In this document: positions 1 to 11,718 of the stretch, in pieces | How positions within the stretch are numbered: the first letter of the stretch is position 1 | How the letters are laid out: every line of letters starts with the position of its first letter | Source of the DNA: Neoconidiobolus thromboides FSU 785 | Taxonomy: Eukaryota; Fungi; Entomophthoromycota | Direction: 5' to 3' | Assembly: GCA_025603075.1 (NCBI GenBank) | Contig: MU626411.1 | Location: forward strand, 1-47,306 | Length of the DNA stretch: 47,306 nucleotides | Position numbers and translations under genes: made by a program | Notes under the pieces: generated by a model | The model's database searches: none | What the model was told of the DNA's origin: nothing | What the model saw: the letters and a program-made list of their open reading frames with translations, nothing else

Positions 1-38
1 TACCAATGTAGCCGAAACAAATTATAAAAAATCAAATT

Positions 39-239
39 ATGGAAGCTCAATTTACTAGAACTCTATTTACTGTCTTAGGTATCAATAGCTTTATTGCGCT
101 TGCTACTCCTGTACTTTCCGGTGATTCTATTCAAAAAGTAGCAATACCAAACAAACAAAGTGGAAATCATCAATTTGTTGGAAGAAGAGGAAGCGGAAGA
201 ATATATAATATAAGAGACGTTGATAGAGCTTATGGATAG
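39..239 (+). CDS. Possible small secreted peptide (66 aa), uncertain
   Basis: N-terminal hydrophobic stretch TLFTVLGINSFIALA followed by TP resembles a signal peptide. The ORF ends in four consecutive stops (TAG TAA TGA TAA). No recognisable domain, and it lies at the window edge. Confidence 0.25.
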   Translation: MEAQFTRTLFTVLGINSFIALATPVLSGDSIQKVAIPNKQSGNHQFVGRRGSGRIYNIRDVDRAYG

Positions 240-384
240 TAATGATAATTTTAATGACCCAAACTCTCTTATTCAAGAATCAACCACCTTGTATTTTATT
301 TTAATAAATCCGAATGTCTTTCTTATTTTTTATTTTAAGCTATATATTTTAAGTACTTTATTTTATTGTATTGATTTAACCATA

Positions 385-481
385 TGATGATGTTTTTTTG
401 ATTTCATTACTTTTTCCATTTTTAAGTGCTATTTGAGCGGGAAAATTGTTAACAAAACTCAAATAATAAAATACATCCTTA
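385..481 (-). mobile_element. MITE-like element copy 1 (degenerate termini TGATGATG...CATCCTTA, TA both sides)
   Basis: Aligns by eye along its whole length with the other copies, with core TTTGAGCGGGAAAATTGTT. TA at 383-384 and 482-483. Strand is assigned only relative to copy 3. Confidence 0.75.
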
Positions 482-531
482 TATATTAATATTTATTATT
501 TTTGGTATAGTATATAATTTCTACTAACATA

Positions 532-631
532 CGAGGATGTTTTTTTGACTTCATCACTTTTTCTATCTTTTAAGCGCTATTTGAGTGGAAAAATTGTTAG
601 TAAAATTCTTAAATACAAAAATACATTCCTG
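532..631 (-). mobile_element. MITE-like element copy 2
   Basis: CGAGGATG...AAGCGCTATTTGAGTGGAAAAATTGTTAGTAAAATTCTTAAATACAAAAATACATTCCTG. TA at 530-531. It lies 50 bp from copy 1 in the same orientation. Confidence 0.75.
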
Positions 632-772
632 TGCCTTAAAAGTTTGTTTTAAAAGTTTAAATATTAAACATATTAAACACTGACTAGTCAGTCAAGAATA
701 GTAAAAAGCTACTAAAATAACCAAATGGAAGAAAACCATTTTTATATATTTATTTTATAAATAGTTAAATTT

Positions 773-2306
773 CTAATAAGATTGAATCCTTTCTAAACTC
801 AAATCTTTAGTTTCTGGTACAAAAAAGAAACAAATAATAAATAAGATTAAATTGAGTATTAAAAAGACTATAAAACTATAACCTTGAATTAAATTATATA
901 TCATTGGAAATAAGAACCCAATGATAAAATTCAGTCTAATAAAAACAAATTAATGAGTTTACATCACATAATGAAAATATACTTACAGCCAACTCATAAC
1001 TAACGAACTCGATGATATGATATTTAAATAATTAGTAGGTACCAGTTCAGGTAACAAAATATAAGATATTGGTAGCAAAGTAAATGAGAATGTAAATATA
1101 TATAATATCACTAAACAAATTACCATTAATAAATATAAAAATAACAATCAGATCAACAAACTTACTTGCAATTAACTGAGATAAGCCATTATTAAAATGA
1201 AAACCTAAAATTAAGCATAACCAAGATAATATTTGAATAACTATACCAAACAATAGCATTTTACGTTTACCAGTAAAATCTAATACTATGGAACATAATA
1301 TTGAAGCTAATAAAGATACTAATGTAATAAACATATTTCCATAAATAATGATTGACTTTGGTAAATAATTCTCTAATATAATAGAAGAATAATACAAGAT
1401 TGCTGAAGTACCACATAATTCTTGAAATGAAACCAGTAAAAATGCTAATAAGCACTTTTTGAGTAAAGACTTGTTTTTGAAGATTGACTTCAATTTATAT
1501 ATCAACAGACTCTTATTATTGCTTAGTGTTAACTCATTAACTTGTTGTTTCTGATTATTTATGGATTGTATAATTTCTTCTAATTCTTCATCAACGCTAT
1601 AACCTTTTCTTAATTCTTTCAAATAAGATTCAGCTTTTGAGATATTAGTATTATTGATTAATAACACATTTCTTGGTGAAGGTATCAGAAAAGGTATAAA
1701 TAATAATTGAAATATTGAAATGACTAAAGGTATACCCAACAAATATCTCCAATATAAATAAGAATCAACTATAATAGGAAACAGATTCGATAAAAACAAA
1801 CCAATTGATAAAGATATGGCAGTTAATGAAGATATTATATTACGATATTTAATAGTTGCTATTTGAACTAAATAAGTTGGTAAAGCCACTGTAATTAACC
1901 CACAACTGACTCCAAGGATAAATCGACTAATAACTAACATAGCATTATTATAACTGAATACTAATATTAATTCTCCCAGAACAAAAAATAGTACTTGTAT
2001 ATAAAACAATAATTTAAAACCAAATTTAAATATCAGTTGACTACTTAATACTGCTCCTACGATTGCTCCTAAAGCCAAAACGCCAATTATGAAACCCCAC
2101 ATCAAGTCATCACCAACATAGATACAATTCAATGTCTTATCACAATCACTTATTATACTTATCATCAAATTTGAAATGCCTATACTATACCCTGCATTGA
2201 TACCACCTAATGAAACAATGAGGCTATTCAATACCAATTTCGAGTTTAGTTTAGCATTTAGTGAAGAAGGCAAATCTTCTAAATGATTACTTGGTTTTGT
2301 TTTCAT
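773..2306 (-). CDS. MFS sugar porter family transporter (~475 aa, 3 exons: 2306-1166, 1110-987, 935-773)
   Basis: Multiple TM helices and sugar-porter-like motifs: RFILG, P-SPR, QELCG..AILYY, D.TGKR. Splicing two GTAAGT...AG introns (55 and 51 nt) restores PISYILLPELVP, SWLLNFIIGFLFP and C-terminal VPETK. Exon phases are consistent and the total is 1428 nt. Confidence 0.88.
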
Positions 2307-2765
2307 TTTATTAAAATAAAGAAGAAATAAAAAAATAATAAATTATTCATCTTTTTTTTGAACAAGTTGTTAATATGTATATCCTTTATGCACCCGCTAC
2401 TTTTTTGTAACATAAATGGCGCTTAGAATAGGGTTTAGTTTAAGCTTTTTTAATTTTATTGACCAACAGGATTTTATTCTTTTTTTATTATAAAATAAAT
2501 ACCTATGACATGTACCTATTAGTTTACTAGATGAAGTGAAAAGAAGGTAGTTGAAGACACTAACTTAACATTAATAACATAGCTATAACTCAGTGCAAAA
2601 AGTTTTGACAGATCTTTATTTTTCCCATTTTTAGATAGGATAAGAATTTATCTTTATTCTTTTAAAAAATTATTCAAGCAAAATTTATAAAAGAAAGCAG
2701 CGAATAGAAATGAATCAAGTACACACCAATTTTTTTTAGTTCTTTATAATAAATTAGTATAAAAA

Positions 2766-3459
2766 ATGAAATTAAATAATAATATATGTAATAAAATTAT
2801 TGACCATGGTTATAAGTACCCCTGTAACCATTGTTTTGGGTATTTGATAAGTGACTCAAGTGGTAGTGTTAAAAGATGTATCCCAGCGTTACATATTTGG
2901 TTGCTAAACCCAGGATTAGAATTAAGTTATGAAATGGTAATTTTTATTTAAATCCAATTTCATATTCGTTTATATACATTTAGCTTAAAGCGACATTAAG
3001 TAAAGAAGAAAACATAATAGGATTTTATTACATTGATAATAATATACCAAATAACAAAAAAAAGCAAGAGATAGATTTAGATAGCTTAAGCTTTATTTAC
3101 AAGCTGATTTTAAGTGATTTGAACAAAGTACTATCACCAATAATTATTAAGGTGAGCTCCCTTAATTAGTGCCATCAATATTTAATTTAACTTTTTTCAA
3201 GGCAAATAGTAACTCTCTACAAGATACAGTTATATCTCAGCCATTTGAAGTAAGTCAATAACATTCATTTGCATACTATTTTTAAATTACTTATTAGATT
3301 TATACTTTTAATAACGACAAGCAAAAATTCTGTATCAAAAGTGATGATAAAGTAGAAGTTAATCTAGAAGAGATAAACACCCATTTACTAAGCAAACAAT
3401 ATTTAAGTTTATTTGATTTTGATGACCATTTAAATGATTGTAAAATAAATTGGCTCTAA
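2766..3459 (+). CDS. EMC8: ER membrane protein complex subunit 8/9-like (UPF0172, MPN-like), 182 aa, 4 exons: 2766-2936, 2984-3151, 3202-3249, 3298-3459
   Basis: N-terminus MKL..ICNKIIDHGYKYP..CFGYLI...CIPALH..LNPGLE, middle IIGFYY and C-terminus LFDFDDHLND...WL match the EMC8/9 family pattern. Three phase-0 GT-AG introns (47, 50, 48 nt) give an open 549-nt frame. Confidence 0.85.
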
Positions 3460-3460
3460 T

Positions 3461-4198
3461 TCACACTTGATTTATTTTCGAAGTATCACCGCCAAGTAAT
3501 AAAGTGATATCTCTATTATGTCCTAAATACCCAGCTACTACTATTGTAATTGTTATTTATTTTTTATTTAATTTTAATTTCAACTTACCGTATAGTATTG
3601 AAGATATTGTTAATGGAATGGCACCAGTTATTATTGGTGAGGGAAAAATTATACATGATAAAAACAGGATTAATGAGAAACTAAAAATGAGATAAAGATT
3701 ATAAAACTATAATGATAAGCTTACCAAAAAAATAAACTAGCTCTCAAATAATGATTCTGATAAATTATTACTAGTTTATTACTAAAAATATTAGCATCAG
3801 TTAAAATTAGAAAATCAAAGTATTACTGATTATTCCCTTTAGGTATGTACTATAAAATAAATTAAATAATTTAAAATTTTGATTAATTCTATTACTTCAA
3901 TGAAAATCGGAATCTCTAATATTAAAATAATAATAGCAAAAAACCAACAAGATACGCTATAACTTAATAAACCTTCCATAGGCGATATATAAAATATTGG
4001 TATCAATAAAAGAACTAGCAAAAATTAATTTATTATTTAAGACTTTACATCAACAATAAAACTAGAATTTACAAAACGATGCTAATATACTCAACCTAAA
4101 TAAAAATATGAATCAAAATAAATATTGAATGGAATACTAACTTACCATTGTGCATAAATAACGATTTTTAATGAAAACAGCTCTTCTTTTAACCCCAT
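3461..4198 (-). CDS. TVP18: Golgi membrane protein TVP18-like, 148 aa, 7 exons: 4198-4146, 4095-4073, 4014-3896, 3849-3827, 3781-3725, 3680-3589, 3540-3461
   Basis: The spliced product MGLKEELFSLKIVIYAQWLSIL...LILEIPIFIEYIP...NHYLRASLFF...SSILYVVAG...TLLLGG fits the TVP18 pattern (M..EEL....IY.QW, E.P, N..RA, LGG). Six GT-AG introns of 44-58 nt with consistent phases, total 447 nt. Confidence 0.8.
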
Positions 4199-4326
4199 TG
4201 TATTATTAAAGTATTCTATATATTAAAAAAATATTTAATTCTCAATTTATTTAAACATTCTTATCTTCCGCTTAATTCAATTACAATTATGCAATAATAT
4301 TGATTGATTGGATTTCAAATTATAAT

Positions 4327-4479
4327 CAGCTTGCAGTTAGATGTATTAAATTGTTTTTAATTTGTAGTTAAAGTTTTCCAATATGAATATAAGTGGCTAG
4401 AATTTATATTAATTCTTAACTCATATTAAAAATTTTAGCTCCAATTTAAAAACAGTAGATGACGTCTAACTGCAAGCTG
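4327..4479. repeat. 153-bp imperfect foldback (long inverted repeat), possible MITE of a second family
   Basis: Terminal arms CAGCTTGCAGTTAGATGT (4327-4344) and ACGTCTAACTGCAAGCTG (4462-4479) match at 17 of 18 positions. Pairing continues inward (TTGTTTTTAATTTGTAGTTAAAGTTTT vs the reverse complement CTGTTTTTAAATTGGAGCTAAAATTTT, then AATATGA) to a ~20-nt loop. Confidence 0.75.
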
Positions 4480-5579
4480 TTTTAGAAAGTTGAAACTTGT
4501 ACTACAAAATTTGTTAGCTAACAACTGTTAGAACTAATTACATTTAGACACTTTCATTCTATTTTATTTGAAGCCACAAATTTCCGCTCAAACCAAGCAA
4601 CATTGCTTATTTTGAGAGCATGATACCAATTTGTTAATTAGTATTGTTAAACTGTTCACATTATAATTAACTTAAATTATTTACAATATTTTACTACTTA
4701 AAATTAAATTAAATTAAATGATGTGGGTGTATAATATATAACAAAAATATAAATAGTTTTTAAAGTTTATTTTTGTTTTTAATAAATTTTATAAAGGTAA
4801 ACATTACGAGAATAGTCACTTTATAATTTTAAAATTAGAGTTCATGATGAGTTTTGCAAATTTAGTTTATCTTAAATTTTAATTTTGATAAGGTCTTTAA
4901 ATAGTTCATAGTTCAATAAACTGAAAAAAGTATGCATGATACTATATATATATAACTCTTTTAAGTAATACTAAAATGTTATAAATAGAACTTAAAAATA
5001 TATTTCTATACAAAGATTACTTAAAAGAATATTCTGATTTTTTTTTAAAAATAAAGATTTAAAAAGTCAAAAATAAGGTCTTGTGGCGTTTTAAAAATAA
5101 ACTTCTTTTTATAAATAAGCTGAGATGAGATCCTTTGTTCAATAACAATTTTAATAAGTTGTATTATTTTTGATAGTATTGAGATGTAGAATGTTTTACA
5201 TCACAGTTAAAACTATATGTTAGCTTTTGATTGTTTGTTTATGATTGTTATAGTTAAATGATTCTTACTATGCATAATATTCTGTTACTTAGCCTGATAG
5301 TTTAACTGGCAAAGTAAAGTGTTACGGATGATTAAAAATAATATAAAAACAAGACTATAATAAGATTTTCATGAATTATTCTATAACTACTTTTATTATC
5401 AAAACAAACGGTTTAAGCTTAAAATTGATCTAATTATACGTTTCATAATAGAAATTAATATTTTTAAAATTTATTAAGTTTCTAAATGTTATACATAAAA
5501 TTGAAATGAATTCTATGTATCGATAGAAAAAAATAAAAGAGGGAAAGGAAGTGAAAAATAAAAGTACATTTCAAGAATA

Positions 5580-6425
5580 TTAAACAGGTAATGAGGTGGT
5601 AAAAGAGGTTGTTAAAGCGGGAGTTTGAGGTAAATAATCATAGTGATGCTGATTTAAATTCATTTTTTTTTCAAATTCAATTAATTGAGTAATTAAAGAT
5701 AAATTCGGTGATATTATATTGCTCCTTGATTTGACATATTGGTAAGATTGATCAAACTTAAACTTTAATGTCTTCATAATATAAGCTATCACTAAACTTG
5801 CTGATCTTGAAACACCACATTGGCAATGAATTAAAATACCTGCATTCAATGATTTGGCCAGCTCAATAAAATTAAAAGCGGAATCCAAACAATCAATTAA
5901 ATTATTAGGGTTATGATCCCAAAACAATTTTTTTGAATAAATAGTATGAGAATAATTTGTATTATCCTTATTTTGTACTATAAAGGTACTCTTTTTTAAG
6001 TATAAACTGCGTTGATCATTAGATACAAATTGATAACTCGATTCACTCTTTTCCAATAATTCGTTCTCTACTTCTCTAGCTACATTCAATACGAACCCAA
6101 TGTTGTATTTACTTAAGATTTCCCCATTACTAGCATTAGTTTCATCCCCTAAATAAAAGTTGGGCAACATTTCGATTGGTCCATTTTCATAAACATTCTT
6201 TTGAGGCTTCAGCCAATTAGTATTAATACTGTTAGTATTATTAGTACTATTACTGAATTCCATACCAGTTGTATTTGTACTTAACATGGATTTAATTGTA
6301 TTCGACTTTAGTACCAAATTCTTTATGTTTTTTTTACTATTCTTAGTTTTGTTCTCTTTATTGAATCGACTTTTGATCGCTTCATTATTGAAAGTGGTAG
6401 CCATCCCTTTATTTAATACTAACAT
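5580..6425 (-). CDS. Dual-specificity (MAP kinase) protein phosphatase, Msg5/Pmp1-like, 281 aa
   Basis: GPIEMLPNFYLG, general-acid loop FWDH, catalytic HCQCGVSRSA and AYIM...ISPNLSLI.QL. Intronless ORF. Confidence 0.9.
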   Translation of the reverse strand: MLVLNKGMATTFNNEAIKSRFNKENKTKNSKKNIKNLVLKSNTIKSMLSTNTTGMEFSNSTNNTNSINTNWLKPQKNVYENGPIEMLPNFYLGDETNASNGEILSKYNIGFVLNVAREVENELLEKSESSYQFVSNDQRSLYLKKSTFIVQNKDNTNYSHTIYSKKLFWDHNPNNLIDCLDSAFNFIELAKSLNAGILIHCQCGVSRSASLVIAYIMKTLKFKFDQSYQYVKSRSNIISPNLSLITQLIEFEKKMNLNQHHYDYLPQTPALTTSFTTSLPV

Positions 6426-7728
6426 ATTGTAAATTTTAATTGAATGAGTAAGTTAAATGATACAGATCAACTGTAAGATAAAAATCGGTTGAGATAAATA
6501 GAAAAAAGTCTAAAATCTTAAAAGGGGATAGTATTATTACTATTAAAATAATAATAAAGGAGAGGTCGAAGAATTTAAGAAAGAAACTAAAAAAGTCCAT
6601 TTTTTTTGGTTTATTTACTTGCCTATTTATACCCCCTCCCTTTTTATTTAATTAACTTTTTAACGTTAATTAATTGCTTTGATTTGATTGATTGAAATCC
6701 AACACCTTGATTTAATTGGCAAATATTTGTTATCAAATGATTCCATACCAACATTTCTTTAAAGATCAAATATTTAAATCATCTAAGCATTAATTAAAAC
6801 CTAAACCATGATTTGTTAAATAGGGTTATTATTACCTATTAGAAAAATTGCATTTATTATTCAAGAATTTAATTAATTAGTTTGCTTTGAATTTTTGCTA
6901 TTTTACCCAACTATTCTCATTGGCAAATGGCTTTAATTTTGGCAAATCAATATTGCTATATTTTCATCCCTTTTGTTTGACTGAACTGGTTTATGGAATC
7001 AATTTCCAACTAAGTAGCAAATTTCTTTACTTAGAAATCGTTATCTTGTTCAAACTTAGCCCTTTGCTTACAATTTTATCATTAATTCCATGTTTAATTT
7101 ATAATTTAATCATAATGTAACTAAACATTAATAAAAGCTGTATAATTGTATATTCATTCATCTCTTTTCTCAGCTGCCTTATTTTTAAAAATTCATGCTT
7201 AATAGTTTAACTGTTTTGATAATATTTCCCTTTGTTATTTATTGATTTTTGTTCTTATTTTTATTTTATCAGCAACCCCAGGATAATCATTTTTAATCAA
7301 GATTCAACTTATTAAAGATTACACTAATTTCGTTTTTGAGTATTTACATCAATATTTGTATTTATTATTTATTAAATTGCACTACTTTCTTATTTATTAG
7401 CTTACTAAATGAATTTAACTTTGTTTTTAATAAATTAAATATTAAATGTTCCCATGGTCTATAAGTTTCTATATTTTTGAATGTTTTACTATAACTGAAA
7501 AGGAATTTTTAAACTAAAGTCCCCGTACATATATCTTTAGTTTGAATTTTTTCTAATGGAAACGTTCCTAATAGTTTAGCTTGAAATTTGAAATAGCTTT
7601 TATAATAGAATTATTACACTCTTTTAGATACCCTCATCAAAATATGTAACGGAAATATTTAAAATTGCTATATTTTTTATGAACTAAAAATTCTAATATT
7701 TAAAATATTTTATTTAACTAAAAAAGCC

Positions 7729-8604
7729 CTAAAACATTTTTAAATCAATAAAGCGATGATGAATTCCAAGGTTTGAAATAGTATTCAAATCTTCTTTGGA
7801 AAGCTCAATATCATCAAAGTTACTTTTAATGCGATTTTCATTAGTAGATCTTGGAATTACACTAGTACCACGTTGCTGGCCCCAAGCTAAAATAACTTGA
7901 GCTGGGGTTTTTCCCAATCGATTTGCAATCTCATTAAGTACTTTATCCTCACGAACTTTTGGTTTACCCTCTGATCCAAGTGGCGAATAAGCAGTTACAT
8001 GAATATTTTCACTCTTACAGAATTCAAGTAATTCATGTTGAGGAAGATAAGGGTGAAGTTCAACTTGAAGGACGGCAGGTCTAATCTTAGCTTTTGACAA
8101 AAGTTCTTTAATACCTTCAATATCAAAATTTGAAATTCCGATATTCTTAACTTTTCCGCTTTCTACCAACTTTTCAAGCTCTCTCCATGTATCATGAATA
8201 GTGTATCCTTCCTCAATTTTAAGGGTCCCGTCCGGGTTTTTGGGTAAAGGCCCTTCACCATCCGGTTGAGAATAAGGCCAGTGAATAAGATAAAGATCCA
8301 AATAGTCAAGTTGGAGATCAGTTAAACTTTCATTAAAGGATTTTGCAACACGGTCAGGATGATGGAAGGTATTCCAAAGCTTTGAAGTAATAAAAAGTTC
8401 TTCTCTAGGAACATTTGTTTCCTTGATAGCTTGGCCTACTTCTTTTTCATTTCCATAGGCCTTGGCTGTATCGATGTGACGATACCCTAAATCCAAAGCA
8501 ATTTTGACTGCTTTTGCTGCATCCTCTACTGGTCTATACGTTCCCAAGCCAAGTAATGGGATCTTAGCTCCAGTATAGAGAGTTGTACTACGATTTAACG
8601 ACAT
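7729..8604 (-). CDS. Aldo-keto reductase (AKR, GCY1/YPR1-like NADPH-dependent reductase), 291 aa
   Basis: IPLLGLGT, GYRHIDTA..Y, FITSKLW, LDYLDLYLIHWP, IGISNF, QVELHP, AYSPLG and IPRS. The catalytic Asp/Tyr/Lys/His tetrad is present. Confidence 0.93.
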   Translation of the reverse strand: MSLNRSTTLYTGAKIPLLGLGTYRPVEDAAKAVKIALDLGYRHIDTAKAYGNEKEVGQAIKETNVPREELFITSKLWNTFHHPDRVAKSFNESLTDLQLDYLDLYLIHWPYSQPDGEGPLPKNPDGTLKIEEGYTIHDTWRELEKLVESGKVKNIGISNFDIEGIKELLSKAKIRPAVLQVELHPYLPQHELLEFCKSENIHVTAYSPLGSEGKPKVREDKVLNEIANRLGKTPAQVILAWGQQRGTSVIPRSTNENRIKSNFDDIELSKEDLNTISNLGIHHRFIDLKMF

Positions 8605-11221
8605 TTTAAAAAATAGTAATGTTACAATATATTATGAGTTTGTTGTAATTTGTATTATAAAATTTAGATATTTAATGCTTAATTCTTTTACTTTCTTTAA
8701 ACTCAAGAGCAGCTTATTTATAGTTGAATTCAAATTACATCATTAGAAGAAACTTAGCTTGAAGCTAAACTCTATGTAGAATGTATTAAATTACAAAAAT
8801 TTAAAAAATAACACGTAATCCTATTTTTATGTTTGGTCCAATATATAATTTAATATATAAACGTTGCTGTAATTAGCACCAATAGCTAATTTTGTTAATA
8901 GAATTATTTCATAAGTTGATATCTATTTTATTGAACAGCTAAAATTTATTAAAGGTATAAAGATAGCATTTCGTCTGCAGTATATTGTATTAATAATATT
9001 TCTTATTTTATAAATTGAATACTTGAATTTAATTTTACTTTCTAAAATTAGTCAATGCTACTTTAATAGAAGCCCACCAAGATCCAGTATACTAATTGTG
9101 CCTAATGCACTATATTAGCCTTAAAGATGAATCTTTTGTTGTAAAAGCACAATGTATATAACTCTGCATTATGCTTTCCTAAATCTGTGTTTGATTTTCT
9201 TTACTAATGATATTTATTCCAAATGGATGTATTGGAATTTTTTTCCTGCAATATGATAATCTGTAATCCGAACAATTCAAAATCAAACCCTAATGAAAGA
9301 ATATCCGAAAATTAGGATAAACCTTTTGTAAATGTTTCCAGAAAAGTAGTCAACTATTAATTCCATGCAAATGTTACAACTCCATTTAACCTAATTTGCA
9401 ATAACTTTTGGAAAAAATTAGTTGCTTTTTAGCTTTCTTAGAGCCTAATCTATAAAATAAGCATGATTTTAGTAAACTTTTACTTTTAAATGAACAGCTA
9501 GTTAGGTCGCAATAGAATTACAGCATTTGTAATAGATATGAAATTTTGCTCAGAATAAATTCACTCAATTTGTACATTTTAATTTTGCTCAAACTAAGCT
9601 AGCTTATTGTATATAGATTATTAATTTACAAAACTATAGTTTAATGATTCATTTAAAAAATTTGCGAGACTTACTAATTAACAAAATAAACTTACCTTGC
9701 TTATTTTAACTTTACTTTTCTTATTTTGAAATACTTTATAAATAAGGCTATATTAGTTAACTGTAAGCAAATATTATATGACTACATTTTGAAACTTTAG
9801 ATGATATTTGAAAAATTAGTATTTCTCAAAATGTGAACAAGTATTCTTATATTGTAAAATTTATATTTGCTAGTATCGATGTTACTAACAAAAACTTAAA
9901 CCATTAATGCAAATGTAAATTAAAATAAATGCTTGTTAGGGTTGATTATCCTAATTATAGATTTATATTTAACTAAAATACCATTATCTAATGATTTGCT
10001 ATATTAATAAAACTAACAGAAGTAAACAATATATTATGGTACTAGTATTATATTTCAATTTCTTTAAAATAATAGTAGCAATCTTATTTTGACACTTTGA
10101 ACTAAAATAGTCATCTTTATAGTATTAATATGTTGATTTTTAAACAAATTGATAATTTGATTCACCTTGACAGTTCATTTTCAGTTTTTTTAAATTTAAT
10201 ACAAATATGGTGTTGTATTTAATTAAAATGTACATATCGCTTTCATGTTTCCTATTATTTAAATGGTGAGATAATCAATATCTAATTAAAGTTTCTTTAT
10301 AAATACTTTTTCATAGCTTTAGTATGTCCCTATTATTACTATTATCATGAAAAAATATGCTATTTATAGTCGGAGAAAGTTAAAATGTGTCCTATAAGAG
10401 CTTGAAGTATAGAGATAATTTTGTTAATTAGTTCTTAGTAATAATTGCCTTTTTTTGGGTATCTATAACAATACATTCCCTATTGGATGATTAAGATTAA
10501 ATTAAGATTAAATTTTCTGTAGTGTCCACTAGAATGAAAAAATGGATTTTAATTATTTTTATGGTATATACGGTTTTATGAAGAAAGGCTCTATTATGCA
10601 AAGTATAATAGAACTAAGATACAGTAACCTCGCTACCAACTAGTTATAAACTGCCAGCTTTTAATATCAATTTCCACTTTCCTAAGGAATTTATATAACA
10701 TCAGTGTTTTTCTAGCTTCTTTTATAACGTTTTGGGTTCAAATTATTAATACAAATTTACTGATTTGAACGTAAAATGTTATATCAGTAAGCATGGCAAT
10801 TTTTCTCATCCACTACAAGTTATAACTAAGAAGAAATAGCATCCAAATTAATGCCATTGTATATATTAACCACTAATGAAGATATCCGCAAAACCTCAAA
10901 AATAAAGTCAAAACATGGCATTTATTCTATAAAAGTTGTAAAAAAATAAATATATGAGTTTAAGAATACATGCCGCTGTTTATTGAAAAATATTGCTTTA
11001 TAGGCCTAAATTAATATTTCATTATAGCTAGAGTTAGTAAGTTTGAATTGTTGAATATCAATTGAGATATTATTATTAATATGGCTAAAAAACGATAAAC
11101 TTTTATTTAAGCTTATAAGTCATATTTTCAGAGTCATTTCTTTATGTCTATTGAAGCTCAATACGTATTCTAAATTAATCGTATTAGGTGTCAAAAGGTT
11201 TTGTTTATTTTGTTGGAATTA

Positions 11222-11247
11222 TTGTTTGTTTGTTTGTTTGTTTGTTT
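11222..11247. repeat. (TTGT)6 microsatellite
   Basis: TTGTTTGTTTGTTTGTTTGTTTGTTT read directly. Confidence 0.9.
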
Positions 11248-11718
11248 AACACTTTATTGAGTTGTAGAGACGATGCTTTAAAAGAAGGATTTAAGCGAAG
11301 TATATTGAGTTTACTACTGCTTGATAATGAGTACGATTTTTTATTAAGATATTCAATATTAAATTCACCCATGAAACTTTTCTCAAACTTAACATATTAT
11401 AATACTACAGAGAATGTTAAGAACTACTTTCACAAAAATATTTCACTGTATAACTCATGTTGTTATAGCTTTTAATTATGTGATCTGCTATCGAGCCACT
11501 TGGAAGCTAGTTCTTTTTCAGGAATTTCAAAGCTGTCATTCTATACTCTAATAACCCAGATTTAACATATCACACTTCTTTTCCATTTAGTCTTTTTATT
11601 GTAAATTTAAAACTGGAAATGTATTTCTTGATCTATTTGTATCCTATAATACCATAAATTATGTTTTTTAGCTTAGAAATAAAGGTAAGGCTTATATCAT
11701 TAGTTTTATTCTAGCATA

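Noticed and set aside
385-631. Repeat-spacer-repeat pattern as a CRISPR array or tRNA/snRNA cluster
   Set aside because: Units are ~100 bp, dispersed in both orientations and TIR-bounded in a eukaryotic context. There are no cas genes, cloverleaf or pol III boxes.
679-692. 14-bp palindrome ACTGACTAGTCAGT
   Set aside because: It is a single short occurrence near the transporter 3' end, with no second copy or supporting context.
1047-1165. ORF-track C-terminus of the transporter (SKFVDLIVIF...YFVT)
   Set aside because: It reads through a GTAAGT intron (1165-1111). The spliced model restores the conserved PEL and PETK motifs.
3504-4021. ORFs 3504-3695 (+) and 3839-4021 (-) as separate small genes
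   Set aside because: The first is antisense to TVP18 exon 6 and its flanking introns. The second is TVP18 exon 3 with intron read-through.
4578-4592. AAATTTCCGCTCAAA match to the MITE core
   Set aside because: The match is only ~15 bp with no termini or flanking similarity, so it is not counted as a copy.
6850-7320. Purine-rich minus-strand stretch that looks like a stop-riddled ORF
   Set aside because: It needs frameshifts and many stops, and cannot be distinguished by eye from AT-rich background.
7830-7870. AKR cofactor loop IPRS instead of IPKS
   Set aside because: It is a conservative Lys-to-Arg change that keeps the charge, so there is no basis for claiming altered cofactor use.
11188-11475. 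95-aa ORF
   Set aside because: It starts at GTG, its hydrophobic part is produced by the (TTGT)n microsatellite, and it has no recognisable motif or splice model.
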